64,000 bases of DNA from Azolla caroliniana. Its lineage: Eukaryota; Plantae; Polypodiophyta. The notes below the pieces were generated by a model, which was given only the letters and a program-made list of their open reading frames with translations, did no database searches and was not told where the DNA came from. The stretch spans positions 15,004,001 to 15,068,000 of the forward strand of contig JBHGNT010000020.1 of NCBI GenBank assembly GCA_043228905.1, in the 5' to 3' direction. A program made the position numbers and the translations under genes. Below are positions 61,227-64,000 of this stretch, piece after piece (position 1 is the first letter of the stretch; each line of letters opens with the position of its first letter).

Positions 61227-64000
61227 TGTCACAGAAATGAGGACCACATTTGAACTCTTGACCTCTTGTATATAGTCAAGTGTTGTGTTCTAACCAACAC
61301 ATCCAAATCCATGGTCATGTTATGTACATCTTAGTAGATTATTTGTAGATTATCTATTATAAGTTCTAGGAGTTTTTAGAAAGTTCTAGAAGTAGAAGGT
61401 TCTAAAGGGTTCTAGAATATTCTCCTGAATATCTAATGCATGTACTTCGACTCACAGTATAAATACTTGTAACCTCCTTGGTCCCTTTCAAGGGATTCAA
61501 CACCAGTCATTGACACATCCATCTAGTATTCTAAGTTTACATTCCATCCTTGTCTCCTTCATCTTTCTCATTATTCTCTTATGTCGTTCCTAGTATCTTA
61601 AGTTCTTTGTGAGACTTGTCATTCGTGTTCCATCCGACTCCGCAATTCATGTGTCCAGGACAGTTTGAATCCCTTCCAACTAGAAGCATCACCCATCTTC
61701 GTCATCGCCCTTGCTTCTAGAGTTACCATCGTCACTATCCTTGCTTCAAGAGTTACCGTCATCAGCATCCCGTCGTTTCCTATCTTCCTCACCATCTCTA
61801 TCTCCTAGTTTATTCTCATCGTTATCTCTATCTTTTAGCTTCTTATCATCTTCCATATCCCTATCTCTGCGTTTTTTTTCATTGTCATCCTTCTCCCTGT
61901 GTTTCCTGCCATTTTCATCTCTATCTATGTGTTTCTTATAATCATCATCCCTATCTATGTGTTTCTTATCATCTTTGTCCTGTCATTGTGTATTCTATCA
62001 TCCTCTATATCTCTGCCTGTGTATTTCTTTTTATCCTCAATGTCTTGATCTTTGTGTTTCTTATCCTCTTCATCTATTTCTCTATTTCCATAATTGCCAG
62101 TCACATTCATTGCTTCCAGAGACACTTCCTCAACATCATTCTCTTCATTGCTTTTTCTTCAACATCTCTTGATGTCGTCATCAACACTACTTTGCCTAGC
62201 CCTCATCAACATCAAGTTTTCCAGTTCCCGGTGAGGACTGCACAGGGTCGCTCACCCCCGTTTGTGTTCCTGTCTCCAATGAGGACCGCACATGGTCGCT
62301 CACGCATGGTGGTTTTCATGCCTCCAATGAGGACTGTACATGGTCTCTCACGCTCGTTGGTGTTCCAGTTCCCGGTGAGGATTGCACATGGTCCCTCACG
62401 TTCGTTGGTGTCCGAGTTCCCGGTGAGAACCGCACATGGTCACTTGTTTGTATCTCCAGTGAGGATCGCACATGGTCACTCACTTCCGTTTGTGTTTGTA
62501 TCTCCGGTGAGGATCGCACATGGTCACTCACTTCCGTTGGTGTTTCTATCTCCGGTGACGACCGCACGCGGTTGCTCACGCCCGTTGGTATTCCAGTCCG
62601 TGATGAGGACTGCACATGTTCACTCACGCCAGTTGGTGTTCCAGTCTATGGTGAGGACCGCACACGGTCGCTCACGCCCGTTGGTGTTCCAATTCCCTGT
62701 GAGGACCACATATGGTCGGTCACATCCGTTGGTGTTCCTGTCTCCGGTGAGGATTGCACATGGTTGTTCACTCATGTAGGTGTTGTAATCTCTGGTGAGG
62801 ACCACACATGGTCGCTCACGCTCACGTTGGTGTTCCAGTCTCCGGTGATAACCATACATGGTCACTCACACTCATGTTGGTGTTCAAGTCTCCAGTGAGG
62901 ATCACACATGGTCGCTCACGCTCACGTTGGTATTCCAGTCTCTGGTGAGGACCTAACATTGTTGCTCACGCTCACATTGGTGTCTAGTCTCCGGTGAGGA
63001 CCACACATGGTTGCCCGCGTTCCTATTTCTGGTGAGGACTGCTCATGATCACTCACACCTCAACATACTTTGGTTTTCTCTTTCAGCTTACACGTACACC
63101 ACATTTTTTAAAAGCGGGCCGTAAAGGGGAGTATAATGTCACAAACATGACGACAAGATTTGAACTCTTGACCTCTTGTATATAGTCAAGTGTTGTGTTC
63201 TAACCAACACATCCAAATATAAGGTCATGTGATGTACATCTTAGTAGATTATTAGTAGATTATCTATTTCAAGTTCTAGGAGTTTTTAGAACGTTCTAGA
63301 ACTAGAAGGTTCTAAAAGGTTCTAGAATATTCTTTCGAATATTGTAATACATGCACTTCGACTCACAGTATAAATACTTGTAACCTCCTTAGTCCCTTTC
63401 AAGGGATTCAACACCAGTCATTGAAACATCAATCTAGTATTCTTCTTCCATTCTATCTTTGTCTCCTCCTTCATCTTTGTCTTTATTCTCTTATGTCGTT
63501 CCTAGCATCTTAAATTCCTTGTTAGCCTTGTCATTCGTGTTCCATCCAAGTCCGTGGTTTGTGTGTCCATCACTTATTGAATACCTTCCAACTAGAAGCA
63601 TCACCCGTCTTCGTCGTCGCCCTTGCTTCTAGAGTTACCATCATCACTGTCCTTGCTTCCACAGTTACCGTCATCAGCATCCCTCGTTTCCTATCTTCCT
63701 CACCATCTCTATTTCCTAGTTTATTCTAATCTTTGTCTCTATCTTTTAGTTTCTTATCATCATCATCCCTATCTTTGCGCTTCTTATCATCGTCCACATC
63801 CCTATCTCTAGGTTTTTGGTCATTGTCATCCTTCTCCCTGTGTTTCTTGCCATTTTCATCTCTATCAATGTGTTTCTTATTATCATCCTCCATGTCATTG
63901 TGTTTCTTATCATCTTCGTCCCTGTCATTGTGTATTCTATCATCCTCTATATCTTTGTCTGTGTGTTTCTTTTTATCCTGAATGTCTTCATCTTTGTGTT
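61227..64000 (+). mobile_element. Non-autonomous LTR element (TRIM/LARD-like, no gag/pol) in tandem LTR-internal-LTR-internal arrangement; unit 1910 bp
   Basis: LTR1 61227(tgtca)-61662(gaca), 436 bp. PBS-like ttgaatccctt 61665-75; PPT aaaggggagtataa 63123-36. LTR2 63137-~63574 is followed again by a PBS-like ttgaatacctt and a second internal region (63590-64000 matches 61680-62060). Confidence 0.85.
62219..63055. repeat. Minisatellite of ~18 units (mostly 48 bp, then ~50 bp)
   Basis: Consensus ~ccggtgaggaccgcacatggtcgctcacgcccgttggtgttccagtct. Unit starts: 62228, 62276, 62324, 62372, 62420, 62456, 62504, 62552, 62600, 62648, 62696, 62744, 62792, 62842, 62892, 62942, 62991, 63029. Confidence 0.92.

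Noticed and set aside
61988-62779. 263-aa + strand ORF with hydrophobic N-terminus and PVRTAHGRS repeats as a membrane-protein gene
   Set aside because: The hydrophobic part is the reverse complement of a purine-rich charged tract, and a 48-bp repeat keeps several frames open. No independent coding evidence.
62219-63055. 48-bp array as a CRISPR-like repeat-spacer array
   Set aside because: Units are contiguous degenerate copies with no unique spacers, there are no cas genes, and the context is eukaryotic.

Overview
Eukaryotic (land-plant) nuclear DNA, AT-rich, with spliceosomal GT-AG introns. The window holds a tandem cluster of malectin-like/LRR receptor-like kinases (LRR-I type), all on the + strand. 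Copy A (1-6765) has an intact 3' part. Copies B (9383-18976) and C (~23108-35851) are pseudogenes. Copy D (52508-54544+) has an intact 5' part and then enters a >9 kb TE-filled intron. Two orphan kinase-tail pseudogenes of a further paralog are also present. About 1-11.5 kb is a rearranged duplicate of about 24.2-55.7 kb, so deletion junctions can be read directly. Transposons fill the rest: a full-length Tto1-like Copia, a full-length Tcn1-like chromovirus (Gypsy), three pieces of another Copia family, an 8-bp-TSD hAT-type element, LINE remnants and a poly(A) retro-insertion. Two items stand out. (i) A tandemly arrayed, gag/pol-less LTR element (61227-end) has a self-priming PBS that co-varies with that of the autonomous chromovirus, and carries a 48-bp minisatellite plus a decayed antisense charged-repeat ORF. 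(ii) A decayed two-gene DNA-transposon-like unit pairs a DGMDQ/QLDNxxRENKN transposase with a divergent ORF bearing a ParB/Srx-like YxVIGGxH motif, with twin palindromes between them. All alignments were done by eye and family names are from recall, so they need HMM/BLAST confirmation.
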